A stretch of DNA of 64,000 nt from Desulfobacterales bacterium (GCA_025454255.1 JALOOU010000005.1:3045-67044); one strand, 5' to 3'. Numbered from the stretch's first letter, positions 1 to 10,110 are shown. Numbers and translations are program-made. The notes: generated by a model from the letters alone, not told the origin.

Positions 1-200
1 CCGACCTTGCGATGGGTGACATCCCCGGCGATGTACCTTATGGATTTTTGGGGCTGTGAGAGATCGTGGACAACGACCTCGAGGTTGCGGGGGAAAGTGC
101 CAACAAGGGCGTCGCACAGTTGCTCTAACATACTGAAAATAAATTCGTTATCAAAATACTCTCGATTTTCGAACTTCTCCTTTTCGGCCTGTTTTTTCAT
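1..200 (-). CDS. YheO-like PAS-domain transcriptional regulator, first 66 codons only (gene runs off the window start)
   Basis: Not in the ORF track because it is truncated. The reverse-strand ATG at 200-198 reads MKKQAEKEKFENREYFDNEFIFSMLEQLCDALVGTFPRNLEVVVHDLSQPQKSIRYIAGDVTHRKVG. The EVVxHDL...SIxxIxGxVTxRKxG stretch matches my memory of YheO/DauR-type regulators. It lies on the same strand, 68 nt downstream of the 269-1525 gene. Confidence 0.5.
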   Translation of the reverse strand, partial: MKKQAEKEKFENREYFDNEFIFSMLEQLCDALVGTFPRNLEVVVHDLSQPQKSIRYIAGDVTHRKV

Positions 201-268
201 GTTCTTGCACCCGCTCAAATCGCATTTCAATTTACAATCGGATTCAATATATCCCTGTAACGACCGTA

Positions 269-1525
269 TCAGGATCGATCGGAATTCTTAAGCGCTATAC
301 TTTCAATGTGATGAATCCGATCAGCGGCGACGGCCCGTTTCTGCAATTGATCTTTGGCCTCTGACAGCCGGTCGTGCAATAGCCGGAAACTCTCAACAAT
401 CGTATTTGTGTACATTTCCAAATCCGTTTTGAATAGAATAGGAATTTGGTAGCGGGCCGCATGAGCCGATGTTACGGCAGAGGAGAGCACTGCGGCAGTG
501 CCGGGCAAAAGTCCGCCATTATCGACCACGTCGTTGACTTCATCGCTCATAAACGTAACGCCGCCCAAATCATGTTTCACAAGCATCGCCAGCTGGGCCG
601 CTATTTTATTTTTTTCTCCGGAAGTCCTGGCGCGGCCGAGACGGTTGCCGAGATCAACAATCTGATTTGCGATTTCTCGGGTCGCGCTGGAAAGAGCTCC
701 TTGTTTTCGCGGGTAGGGATTTTGAGGTCGAAAAACCGGATAACCCAAGTTTTGAGCCGCTTCGCTGATGCACTCCCCGACAACCGTATTGTCGTGTACC
801 TCGTTGGCACGCACGACCAGCGTTGTCTCTTTGATGTACTGATCCCAGGAGGGGACAAACGCCTTTGCCTCGACAATAATGGTTGGCAGAGAATCAAGCC
901 CCAGTTTGCGCATGAGCAGGCCCTTGTTTCCTATCGGGACATTGCCTTCCGTGTCTTCGTTGGGCCCGATACCGCCTGCACCGGCGTTGATTGTCAGCAT
1001 GGTCGATACCGCCATCTCGCCTATTTGCAGGACAGTGCCTAACGTGCAACCAGCGCTCAATGGCGTCTCTTCCGGAACATATGAAAAATTTTCGGGGTAA
1101 TTTTGGAGGAATGTTTGTACCACGGCCGTCGCAGCGGCTGTGATGAATGCAGATGGGACTTCGAGTACTCCCTGGCCGTTTACTCGACCGAAAATTTCGG
1201 TGGCCACTGTTTGCGGACACAACGCCTCCTTGCCTACGGCGTTCTGCATCAGTGCAATCTCGGCCGGAGTGATCCCGTCGCGGGCATATGCAGTTCCCGC
1301 GCCTCCGCCGTTAAGTGTGATTTTCACTGTACCATTTTCGGGGGTTGCCTCCACGCGTGCGATTCGCAGGTCGACGGAGCCGGCCATGTTTATCATTTGG
1401 GCCACAACGGCAAAACCGACGCCGTCCTCCTGCACAAAACCGGAATGGCTGTTCACATGGCTCACACCGATATGTCCTGAAAGCCCGGCTTGCCCCTTCG
1501 GTTCATTAGAAAAAGATATCCTCAC
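269..1525 (-). CDS. Hypothetical protein (418 aa), function unknown, co-transcribed with the TRAP transporter genes
   Basis: Long ORF with a GTG start at 1525. It is preceded by AGGAGG (rc of 1534-1539), which begins only a few nt after the dctM stop (1543-1545). I recognise no family signature. There are Gly-rich stretches NGGGAGTAYA and INAGAGGIGPN. Overlapping plus-strand ORFs (446-1042, 1140-1607) look like antisense artefacts. Confidence 0.6.
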   Translation of the reverse strand: MRISFSNEPKGQAGLSGHIGVSHVNSHSGFVQEDGVGFAVVAQMINMAGSVDLRIARVEATPENGTVKITLNGGGAGTAYARDGITPAEIALMQNAVGKEALCPQTVATEIFGRVNGQGVLEVPSAFITAAATAVVQTFLQNYPENFSYVPEETPLSAGCTLGTVLQIGEMAVSTMLTINAGAGGIGPNEDTEGNVPIGNKGLLMRKLGLDSLPTIIVEAKAFVPSWDQYIKETTLVVRANEVHDNTVVGECISEAAQNLGYPVFRPQNPYPRKQGALSSATREIANQIVDLGNRLGRARTSGEKNKIAAQLAMLVKHDLGGVTFMSDEVNDVVDNGGLLPGTAAVLSSAVTSAHAARYQIPILFKTDLEMYTNTIVESFRLLHDRLSEAKDQLQKRAVAADRIHHIESIALKNSDRS

Positions 1526-1542
1526 CGATACATCCTCCTATG

Positions 1543-2814
1543 CTAGAGCAGGCAGAGCACAATTGCAGGAACATAGGCCAACACGAGGATTGCCAATAGC
1601 ATGGTAAAGATGAAAGGCAGGACCGCGTAGCTGAGCCGTTCGATACTGATCCCGCTGATTCCGCAGCCGACAAAAAGGTTTACCCCGACCGGAGGGGTTA
1701 GAAACCCAAGCGAGACGGTCGCGATCATAATGATACCGAAATGGGTCATATCGATGCCGGCGCCGACCACCAGGGGCTGCAGCAGCGGTGTTAAAATAAG
1801 AATATTGGCCAAGGCATCCATAAAGGTTCCCAGTATCAGCAGCATGATGATGATGATAAAAAGCAAAAGAGCGGGATTGCTGGCCACACCCGAAAGCGCC
1901 TTCACAAGCGCATCCGGGACGTTATAGATAAGCAAAATTTGACCCAGTGCGGAAGCTGTTGCCACCACGAGGAAAATGGTCGCGTTGGTCAGTGTTGTGC
2001 CGCGCAGGATCTGCCAAAGCTTGTGGGCAGTTAGTTTCTTCAGGACAAGGCCTTCCACGATAAATGCGTAGGTGACTGCAATGGCGCCGGCTTCCGTTGG
2101 CGTGGTGATCCCGCCGTATATGCCGCCGAGCACGATGATGGGTACCAAAAGCGCATATTTGGCTTCTGAAAGCGCCTGCATCGTCTCCTTGAAGGTGGCC
2201 CTTTCACTCTTTGTATTGAACCCATGATGCCTTGATAAAAAATAGCAGGTGATCATCAGCACTATCCCTATGAATATCCCGGGGACAATTCCGGCTATAA
2301 AGAGATCGCCGACGGAGACGTTGGCGGTGGTGCCGTAAATGATCAAAGGAACACTTGGCGGAATCATAACGCCAAGACACCCGGCGGAGACGTTCGTTGC
2401 GGTCGAAAACGATTTCGAGAACCCCTCCTTTTCCATGGAAGGGATCATTATTCCCCCCACGGCCGCGACGGTGGCGGGTCCTGAACCACTGAGCGCTCCA
2501 TAGAACATGCAGGTGAGCACCGACACATGAGCCAATCCGCCGGTGATATGCCCGATCAGACAGCGCGAGACCTTCAGCAGCGACTCTGCCATACTTCCCT
2601 TCTGCATGATTTCACCGGCCATTATGAAAAAAGGAACTGCCAGCAGAGGGAAGGCGTCGAGCGAAAAAAACATTTTTTGCATCAAAAACTGAACCGGCAG
2701 GTCGGCCGCCATGACCGCAAGCGCTACACTCAAGCCGATGGCGACCCCAATGGGGACGCTTAAAATGAGCATCACAGGAAGAGAGATGGTTATGAGCAAA
2801 ATCGGCAAATCCAT
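1543..2814 (-). CDS. dctM: TRAP transporter large permease subunit (DctM family), substrate unknown
   Basis: 423 aa and highly hydrophobic. It has a typical DctM N-terminus (MDLPILLITISLPVMLILSVPIGVAIGLS) and FFIMAGEIM / GVMIPPS type motifs. It follows the dctP and dctQ homologues on the same strand. Confidence 0.9.
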   Translation of the reverse strand: MDLPILLITISLPVMLILSVPIGVAIGLSVALAVMAADLPVQFLMQKMFFSLDAFPLLAVPFFIMAGEIMQKGSMAESLLKVSRCLIGHITGGLAHVSVLTCMFYGALSGSGPATVAAVGGIMIPSMEKEGFSKSFSTATNVSAGCLGVMIPPSVPLIIYGTTANVSVGDLFIAGIVPGIFIGIVLMITCYFLSRHHGFNTKSERATFKETMQALSEAKYALLVPIIVLGGIYGGITTPTEAGAIAVTYAFIVEGLVLKKLTAHKLWQILRGTTLTNATIFLVVATASALGQILLIYNVPDALVKALSGVASNPALLLFIIIIMLLILGTFMDALANILILTPLLQPLVVGAGIDMTHFGIIMIATVSLGFLTPPVGVNLFVGCGISGISIERLSYAVLPFIFTMLLAILVLAYVPAIVLCLL

Positions 2815-2944
2815 AGGTCTTGCCCTTCCTAATTAAGCACAGCGGTTCACGTCCGTGTTACCTATTTTAAACCGATTCACAACGAGTTTCGCCGTCGGTG
2901 TTTTCCGGATCGGATCCATCGTGGCAGCTCTAAGTCAAATAGTG

Positions 2945-3442
2945 CTATTGAGTCAGTTGCGTGTTCGCATCTTCAGAAAATATTTTCCATATGACCCAAA
3001 TGGTGCGCAACCCCATCAGGAAAAACCCCAACGGGATACAGATATAAGCGATATACATCGGAAACTGGAGGGCGGGCGCCAGCTGGTTGGTTGTAATTAC
3101 AAAATCCACCATTTTTACACCCCACACAAACATCAAGCCGCAAAATACCACCGTGATGATATAAGCGATGATGGCGAAATAGTTCCCCGCCTTCTCACCA
3201 AAAGCCGTTCGCACGATTGTTACTTCCAAATGGCGCCGCCCAAAAGCAGCATAGCTTGCGCCGACATACACGGAATAGATGAAAAGGTAGCGGGCCAACT
3301 CTTCCGGCCAATCCAGAGAGTGCTGCAAAATATAGCGTTGAAAAACTTGCAGAATGATTATTACTGCCATCAAAAAAAGGGCAACGGATGAGGTGATTTC
3401 CTCGAATTTGTTCAACCAATTTAGAATGTTTTTCATTTTCAT
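2945..3442 (-). CDS. dctQ: TRAP transporter small permease subunit (DctQ family)
   Basis: 165 aa with four hydrophobic segments and a DWPEELARYLFIY motif typical of DctQ. It is positioned between the DctP and DctM genes. Confidence 0.8.
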   Translation of the reverse strand: MKMKNILNWLNKFEEITSSVALFLMAVIIILQVFQRYILQHSLDWPEELARYLFIYSVYVGASYAAFGRRHLEVTIVRTAFGEKAGNYFAIIAYIITVVFCGLMFVWGVKMVDFVITTNQLAPALQFPMYIAYICIPLGFFLMGLRTIWVIWKIFSEDANTQLTQ

Positions 3443-3509
3443 CCTCAGAGACGCGGCAGGCTGATAGTGATCCTGCCTGCCGCGTCTAACGGAAGAACAA
3501 CAATCGAAA

Positions 3510-4526
3510 TTATTGATTGAGTTTTTCTTTAATCGTCCTGCGCATCTCTTCGATCAGCTCCGGTGGAACCTCTTTGGCGAAAGACGGAGCAACATCAGCG
3601 GTTGCTTTTATCCAACGCGCGCGCTCTTCCGGAGTAAGCTCGATGACTTCACCGCCGGAAGCTTTTATCTTTTCGATAATCATGCTTTCATTGCCGCGGA
3701 TTTTCGCACGTTGAAATTTTTGCATAACTGCAAATGACTCGTTGATCCACGCCTGCTCCTGGGGTGCAAGCTTCTGCCAAAAGGCCTTGGATATCAAAAC
3801 CAGATGCGGGCTGTAAAAACTTCTCGTCAAGGTGACATATTTTGTGATTTCCGGAAATTTGTTGAACCAAGCCAGGTTCAAATCGATATCGATGGCATCC
3901 ACTGTTTTCTGTTGCAGGGCGGTGTAGACCTCCCCCCACGCAACCGGAGTGGGATTCATTCCAAGGGATTTGAGGATTGCGATGTGGGCTTTTGAATGCG
4001 TCGCACGTATTTTCAACCCTTTGGCGTCTTCCAGCGTGCGGATGGGACGGTTTGCGAAAATCTGGCGAAAACCAATTTCGATATAGCCCAAGCCCAATAT
4101 GCCGTTTTTTTCGAGCGCACCCGCCAATTCTTTCCCGATCGGACCGTCCGTAATGAGATCCGCAGCTTCGTAGCTGGGGATAACGAAGGGCATATCAAGG
4201 AACATCAGCTTCGGGTTGAAAACGGAAAAGTTGTTGGGCGCATCGGACCCCATCTGCAACACGCCCATCTGGAGGCCTTGGACAACGGCATCAAAATTGC
4301 CGTATTTGGAGCTGTCGTAAATGTCGACGCGGAAGAGGCCCCCGGAACGCTTCTCAAGGTCAGCCTTGAATAATTCATATCCCTCCCCCATCGGATGCTG
4401 CGGAACATTGGGGTGCGCCAATTTGATTACGATTTCTTTAGCCTCTGAAGGAAAAAACCCGCCACCGATTGCGATCGCCGCGGTGACGACCAGGAGCCCG
4501 ATGATCATTTTGCAATACGTTCGCAT
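3510..4526 (-). CDS. dctP: TRAP transporter periplasmic solute-binding subunit (DctP family)
   Basis: 338 aa with an N-terminal signal anchor (MIIGLLVVTAAIAIGGG). The remainder is a DctP-like body (KLAHPNVPQHP, FNPKLMFLDMPF, LKIRATHS). Confidence 0.9.
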   Translation of the reverse strand: MRTYCKMIIGLLVVTAAIAIGGGFFPSEAKEIVIKLAHPNVPQHPMGEGYELFKADLEKRSGGLFRVDIYDSSKYGNFDAVVQGLQMGVLQMGSDAPNNFSVFNPKLMFLDMPFVIPSYEAADLITDGPIGKELAGALEKNGILGLGYIEIGFRQIFANRPIRTLEDAKGLKIRATHSKAHIAILKSLGMNPTPVAWGEVYTALQQKTVDAIDIDLNLAWFNKFPEITKYVTLTRSFYSPHLVLISKAFWQKLAPQEQAWINESFAVMQKFQRAKIRGNESMIIEKIKASGGEVIELTPEERARWIKATADVAPSFAKEVPPELIEEMRRTIKEKLNQ

Positions 4527-5423
4527 TTCTCCTCCTATTCGCTATGGGTTTTGTCTCCCCAACATTTGAGCGCGTCGCTCATGATGGGAGTTTTGTGGCA
4601 CGGCACCGGAAATGAACGCTTACCCTATCGACGGGAAGCGGCGTCAACACCACGCTGCAGTCAGCGTCATGAAGTGATGATGTGTCCTTGCCGTACTCGG
4701 GGCGCTTGGCCCGGCGGTTGGCAATAAAGCAGGTTCAAACTACACTAAAAATGTATAAAGTCAACAAAAATTTTAATACAGAAACTAAAAAATTTGAGAT
4801 TTGGCATGTAAACCCCAAAAATTAACCGCTGCGCGCGCACATGGTTAAGCAAAGTGATCTTTTGCGAATGGTGAGGGCTTTATGAAATGGCAGACGCCTA
4901 TCTGAAGGACTTGGCGCGCTATATCGGCTTGAACCCTTTCAAGGAGCGGCATCGTATTCTCCTTGCGGGCTGCAGCGCGTTGAAACGAAACACCACGATC
5001 AGCAGCCCTGCTTGCGCAGGGTGCGGACGGATCTCCTGCGGGGGCGGCATCGGGAAAGCCCGCTCCGCGCGTCCGTAGGCCGCCGCTGCAGCGAGAGCCC
5101 CCAGGAGCATCAACCCGCAACTCAGGAGATAAGCAGCGGCTCCCTGAAACCGCGTACCGACTTCAGGATGCCAGCGGTCGCTCGAGAAGAATGATTCCCG
5201 TCCCACTAGATGCGCCGCCGCCTGCGGCCGGCACGCGGCCAGTTCGATGAAGCCGATTCCAAAACACCCCCGACCCGTCTTGTCCCAAGCGGAAAGGCGC
5301 GCGGCAAGAGAGCGTTGGTCTGATGCAGCGATGCATCGCGGCTGGAAGCCGCTCCCACAAAGTGGATCTCCTGTGTTGCAGCGCCGGCCGGCGGGCTGGT
5401 GGAAGACTGGCGCCCCGGCCGCC

Positions 5424-7136
5424 TCACGGCGACGGGTAGCTCTCGGTGTACTTCCTCTCCGCTTCGGCGGTCCCGATCAGGATCAGTTCATCCCCTTTTT
5501 GCAGCACGGTGGCGGGCTCCGGGTTGATGATCATCCGCTCCTCGCGTTTGACGGCGATGATGCTGCAGCCGGACTCCTCCCGGATCCGCAGGTCGTGAAG
5601 CGGCCGGTTGATCAGGGCGTGGTTGAGGACCGATCGGAAAATGTTGAGCCCTTCCGAGATTACCAGCAGCTTTTCGGGGTTGAGCAGGTTCAGGATGGTG
5701 GCGGTGCAAAGGGAGGCGAACGACATCACGAGATTGGCCCCCGCCCGGTGCAGGGTGTTGATGTTTCTGTCCAGGCTGGCCCGGCTGATGATCTGCACAT
5801 CGGGCCTCAGCCGGCGGCAGTAGATGGTGAGGTAGATGTTCAGGTCGTCGTCGTGGGTGGTGATGATGACCGAGGGGGTGTCGTTGATGCCGGCCGCGAC
5901 CAGGACCTCCAGGTCGGCGGCGCTGCCCTGGACCACGTGCTCGTCCTGGACCCGCGTGGTCTTCTTCTCCACCACGCGGTAGTCGATGCCCATGCGCTTG
6001 AGCGTGCGAGCGACCGACATCCCCACCCGGCCGCCCCCCAGGACGATGACCGGCCCTTTGTGCTCATCCGGCTGGCCCGCCGATCCCATGAGCTGGTCGT
6101 AGCGGTCGAGCTGCTCCCCGGAGCCGGCCAGAACCAGTACCGTGGAGGCCCCGATGCGGGTCTGCGGATTGGGCAACCGGAAACGGCCCTGGTCCCAGAG
6201 GCCGACGACATTGACCCCCGTGAGCTCCCGCAGCCGGCTTTCGGCCAGGGTCTGGTCCTGAAGCGGCGTGCGCATGACCGGCGCCTCGGCGATCAGCAGC
6301 TCGTCGAACCGGCCGATGACGTTGGCCTTCATGCTCAAGCCCATCACCCGGCGCGCGAGGGCCTGCCCCAGCATCTTGGTGAACTGGAAGGTGTTGGTGC
6401 TGCCGGCAAGGTGCAGGATGTCGAGCGAGTCGTCCTGGTCGGCGTTGGTGACCGTGGCGACGTCGCCCGAGACTTCGCGGATGGTGAAGATGATGTTGGT
6501 GCTGGTGACGTCGTCGTTCATGACGACCACCAGGGCGGCGTTGTGGACCCTCAGCCGGGTGTAGGTCTGCGGGTCGTCCAGCTGCCCCACCACCACCCGC
6601 AAGCCCATCTCGTGCAGGCCGAGCGCCTGCTGGAGGTCCGGAATCAGGATGACGTTGGGAATGTTGTACTGGTTGAGCTTCTCGACCAGGTTGGCGGCCA
6701 CGGCATCGAAATGGGTCAGGATGACGTGGTTGGACATCGTCTCCGGCACCTCCCGCGGGGCGCGCGCCTTGTTCTGCGCCTCCAGCCAGGGGGCATAGAA
6801 AAACTGGATGAACGTGAAGGGAAGCATGACCAGCAGAAAAATCACCCCGGTCAAGAGGACAATGATTGAAAACAGCCGGCCCAGGTCGCTCATGAAGGTG
6901 ATGTCGCCGAAGCCCAGCGTCGTCATGACGGTCAGCGTCCAGTAGAACCCGGTCAGCCAGGAGTGCTCCTGCCCTTCGAATCCCATCAGAAAATGAAAAA
7001 GCGTGCTGTAAAGGATGAAAAAAAAGAGCAGGATCAATAGAAAGCGCACCAGCAGCCGGGTGTTGCTCCTCTGGTTGGCAAGGTTCACCATGGCCGCAAT
7101 TTGTGAAAACATGAATTTCATGCGTTGTCCCTGCAA
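5424..7136 (-). CDS. Two-TM potassium channel with tandem RCK (TrkA-N/TrkA-C) gating domains
   Basis: 570 aa. The pore region is FYWTLTVMTTLGFGD, with selectivity filter TTLGFGD encoded by rc of 6903-6923 and flanked by two TM helices. A Rossmann GGGRVG module and a C-terminal TrkA-C-like segment (LHDLRIREESGCSIIAVKR...GDELILIG) follow. The 540-aa plus-strand ORF 5247-6869 is an antisense shadow. Confidence 0.85.
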   Translation of the reverse strand: MQGQRMKFMFSQIAAMVNLANQRSNTRLLVRFLLILLFFFILYSTLFHFLMGFEGQEHSWLTGFYWTLTVMTTLGFGDITFMSDLGRLFSIIVLLTGVIFLLVMLPFTFIQFFYAPWLEAQNKARAPREVPETMSNHVILTHFDAVAANLVEKLNQYNIPNVILIPDLQQALGLHEMGLRVVVGQLDDPQTYTRLRVHNAALVVVMNDDVTSTNIIFTIREVSGDVATVTNADQDDSLDILHLAGSTNTFQFTKMLGQALARRVMGLSMKANVIGRFDELLIAEAPVMRTPLQDQTLAESRLRELTGVNVVGLWDQGRFRLPNPQTRIGASTVLVLAGSGEQLDRYDQLMGSAGQPDEHKGPVIVLGGGRVGMSVARTLKRMGIDYRVVEKKTTRVQDEHVVQGSAADLEVLVAAGINDTPSVIITTHDDDLNIYLTIYCRRLRPDVQIISRASLDRNINTLHRAGANLVMSFASLCTATILNLLNPEKLLVISEGLNIFRSVLNHALINRPLHDLRIREESGCSIIAVKREERMIINPEPATVLQKGDELILIGTAEAERKYTESYPSP

Positions 7137-7743
7137 AACGGTTGCTTAAGCGAACGTTGCATCAATACCATTTTTTCTATGGCGATGCCAAGCGGCACGC
7201 AACCTGGCTGGGGCGCGGCGAGGATCAAGGGGATGGGCAGGAAACCTGTCGGATCGGCCGCCCGGAGCAGAGCGGCTGCAGCGGTGTTCGGCCGCCCGGA
7301 AGGAGCCGTTCGGTCTCTGACTTCCGCACGTTCCAGCCCCGGTCCATTTTCGGGGCGCGGATCCCGCCCCGGCAGATGAGCTTCAAAAAAAGGGGGACGC
7401 GAAATGCCTATTCAGCCGCAAGCCTAGCCGGCGCCGAGCACGGCCTTTCCTTCGAGATGACCATCCTGGTCGACCCGGCGCCGGTCGGATGCGCGCAGGC
7501 TTTTTCGTCCGGACTCCTGTTCCTTGAACATCCCCCCCCCGGGGAGGACCCTTACAAAAACCGCTTGCGGTGACTATCGCCCGGCGAGGGTTTTCTTGAG
7601 CAAATTAAATTCATTCAACACCAACTATCATAAAAAGCCTACGATCCCTCAATCGGCTTAAACTCAAACTAAAAGCCTTCTTGCACCAACCTTCCACCGG
7701 AGGGTATCCGCGATTCTCGCGCTTGCGACGGTCGGCGATAATT

Positions 7744-7773
7744 TTGACAGCGTGGCCTCATCCACGTTAAAAT
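7744..7773 (+). promoter_or_regulatory. Candidate sigma-70 promoter upstream of lptF
   Basis: Perfect -35 TTGACA (7744-7749), an 18-nt spacer, then -10 TAAAAT (7768-7773, 5/6 match). It sits about 60 nt upstream of the lptF GTG start. Confidence 0.35.
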
Positions 7774-7831
7774 AGAGAGTGTCCATCCATCTGAAACATT
7801 TCCCGATCGACGGGTTCGTCGAGGGCAGCCG

Positions 7832-8908
7832 GTGATCTACAAACGGTATCTCGCATCCGAAATCCTGCGCTCCGCAGCAGGCGTCTTTTTCCTCGTGGTG
7901 GTTATTTTCGCCTGTGATTGCGCCGTTAAATACCTCTCGGAGTCCGTCGCAGGATTCCTGCCTCCGGCCAAGGTCGGCTACCTGATCCTCTTAAGGGTGG
8001 CCATCGGGTTGGAGGTGATCCTGCCGGTGACATTTTTCCTCGCCGTCATCATCGCTTTGGGCCGGCTGTACAAGGATTCCGAAATGACCGCCTTCGGCGC
8101 CTGCGGGGTCGGAATGGCTAACATATTGAAAACAATAATCGCACTCGCACTTCCGGTGGCAATCCTCTCGGCCGTCGTATCGCTTTCCATTCGCCCCGGG
8201 GCATGGACCGAAATTTATCGTGTGATGGACGAGGCCCAGGATCAATTTGACATTTCCCGACTCTTTCCCGGCTCCTTCTTGAAGATCCGAGCCGGGAAAG
8301 TGGTTTTTTTTGCAGATGAAGTCGATAAGGCCGGCAGCAGCGCCCAAAATGTCTTCGTCCGCATCGCGGAGGGTGAAAAGCGAAGCGTGATACGGGCGCA
8401 AGAAATGGCCCAGGAAAAGCCGACATCGGAGGCGCTTCTGAATCTAACGTTCAGAAGTGGAACGATTTATGAGCCTCCCGCCAAAGGGGAGCCTGGCAAA
8501 GTCACACGCTTCCAGCAGGTCCAATACAGCGTTCCCGGCGAACCTCCAGGCAATTCAAACTACCGCCGTAAGGCAACCCCGACCAACCGGCTCATCGGTT
8601 CTGAACGGCCGCACGACATTGCGGAACTTCAATGGCGATTGTCCGCACCCCTTTCCACCCTGCTGCTGGCACTGCTTGCGGTGCCTTTGAGCAAAAGCTC
8701 ACCCCGCAAGGGCAAATTCGCGCGGATCGGGCTGGCCATAATTATTTTTGCTGTTTATTTCCAGGTGTTTACAATTGCAAGGACCTGGGTCGACAGAACC
8801 TACGTGCCTTCGCTGCCCGGCATTTGGTGGGTGCCGGCCTTGCTTTTTCTGCTGGCGCTCGTGCTGGTTTGGCGAACCGATGAGCTCTTCTGCCGACAAC
8901 CGAAATGA
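7832..8908 (+). CDS. lptF: LPS export ABC transporter permease LptF
   Basis: 358 aa with a GTG start. The N-terminus MIYKRYLASEILRSAAGVFFLVVVIF and the topology (3 TM, large periplasmic domain, 3 TM) are typical of YjgP/YjgQ-family permeases. It has an ATGA overlap with the next gene. Confidence 0.85.
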   Translation: MIYKRYLASEILRSAAGVFFLVVVIFACDCAVKYLSESVAGFLPPAKVGYLILLRVAIGLEVILPVTFFLAVIIALGRLYKDSEMTAFGACGVGMANILKTIIALALPVAILSAVVSLSIRPGAWTEIYRVMDEAQDQFDISRLFPGSFLKIRAGKVVFFADEVDKAGSSAQNVFVRIAEGEKRSVIRAQEMAQEKPTSEALLNLTFRSGTIYEPPAKGEPGKVTRFQQVQYSVPGEPPGNSNYRRKATPTNRLIGSERPHDIAELQWRLSAPLSTLLLALLAVPLSKSSPRKGKFARIGLAIIIFAVYFQVFTIARTWVDRTYVPSLPGIWWVPALLFLLALVLVWRTDELFCRQPK

Positions 8909-9984
8909 ACGACAAGCTCAGAATCATCGATCGCCACCTCGGACGAACCACCTTTCAGGGTTTTTTTTTGGTAATATCATTGCTCGTCGTTCTTTTTAGC
9001 GTATTCGAGCTGCTCCTCCAGCTGGACTACGTCGGCAAAGGCGCTTTCCTGATCGGCGACGCGTTCGGCTATGTGGCCCTGACGATGCCAAAGCGCTTCG
9101 CTGACCTCACCCCCATGGCGGTGCTTCTTGGCAGCGTCGGGGGGCTCGGAATGCTCTCCGACCATGAGGAATTGACCGCCATGCAGGTCGCCGGCGTATC
9201 CGCGCAGCGCATATGCAGGACCGTCCTTGCGACGAGCACTCTGCTCATGTTGGCCGCCCTCGGGGTGTCCGAGTTCATCGCCCCGCCCCTGGACCAGTAT
9301 GCCCGGACTCGACGTTTCCAAAGCATTTACGGAAACGACATCATGTTGACCAAACACGGATTTTGGGCGCGCCAGGGCTCGATGTTCATCTACGTGGACA
9401 AGACTTTGGATGGCGGAAAAGCCAATGATATCGAAGTGTACGAGTTTGATGAGCAGGGGGCCCTGCGCAAATTCGTGCAGGCCAGAAATGGCCGCATCCA
9501 AGCAGGAAAAGAGTGGGTTCTGACCGATGCGAAAGTGACCGCTTTCAACGAGGGCCATGTCGACCAGAGGACGCCGGACGAGTACCGCATAGCCGATTTT
9601 CTTTCGCTCGGCCAGGCCGCCGTGCTGGAGCTTCCCGCCGACAGCCTTTCCATATCGGACCTGTATGCCTACATCCAAATTTTGGCCCGAAAAGGTCAAA
9701 ACGCCAATCGCTACGAGTTGGCTTTTTGGCAAAAAATCTATCTGCCGCTGACAACCGCTGCCATGGCGCTGCTTTCGCTCACCTTCGTTTTCGGTTCAAC
9801 GCGGCTGCAGAACGCGTGGCAGCGGATCTTTACAGCCATGCTGGTCGGCACCCTCATCTACCTCATGAACCAGATCTTCGGCCAACTCAGCCTGGTCCTC
9901 CTCCTGCCGCCGACGCTGATGGCCTTGCTTCCAAGCGCCATCATCCTGGCAGTGGCCCTCAGACTCCTACGCCACGCTTTCTGA
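8905..9984 (+). CDS. lptG: LPS export ABC transporter permease LptG
   Basis: 359 aa. The N-terminus is LRIIDRHLGRTTFQGFFLVISLLVVLF, and the architecture matches LptF. It is translationally coupled to lptF (4-nt overlap). Confidence 0.85.
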   Translation: MNDKLRIIDRHLGRTTFQGFFLVISLLVVLFSVFELLLQLDYVGKGAFLIGDAFGYVALTMPKRFADLTPMAVLLGSVGGLGMLSDHEELTAMQVAGVSAQRICRTVLATSTLLMLAALGVSEFIAPPLDQYARTRRFQSIYGNDIMLTKHGFWARQGSMFIYVDKTLDGGKANDIEVYEFDEQGALRKFVQARNGRIQAGKEWVLTDAKVTAFNEGHVDQRTPDEYRIADFLSLGQAAVLELPADSLSISDLYAYIQILARKGQNANRYELAFWQKIYLPLTTAAMALLSLTFVFGSTRLQNAWQRIFTAMLVGTLIYLMNQIFGQLSLVLLLPPTLMALLPSAIILAVALRLLRHAF

Positions 9985-10110
9985 CCAAACGGCAGGGCTG
10001 ACGGCGTTGAAAACGGCCGCATACTGTTATATGGGTCATCGAAAAAGGCACTGTTTACCCGGTGAATCAGGAAAACCATACAAAAACGTTCTGCCTTTAG
10101 AGCACCGCCC

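Noticed and set aside
4596-4610. TGGCACGGCACCGGA, a sigma-54 -24-like motif
   Set aside because: There is no TTGC at the -12 position, and it points into a gene-less stretch toward the 3' end of the K+ channel gene.
5247-6869. 540-aa plus-strand ORF
   Set aside because: It lies antisense to the K+ channel gene, whose product has clear pore and RCK motifs. The plus-strand product is low-complexity (Arg/Gly/Pro/Asp/Val-rich), as is typical for shadow ORFs in GC-rich DNA.
7261-7320. cccggaaggagccg segment vaguely resembling the SRP RNA conserved loop
   Set aside because: Only a few bases match the SRP domain IV consensus, and no surrounding helix could be drawn.
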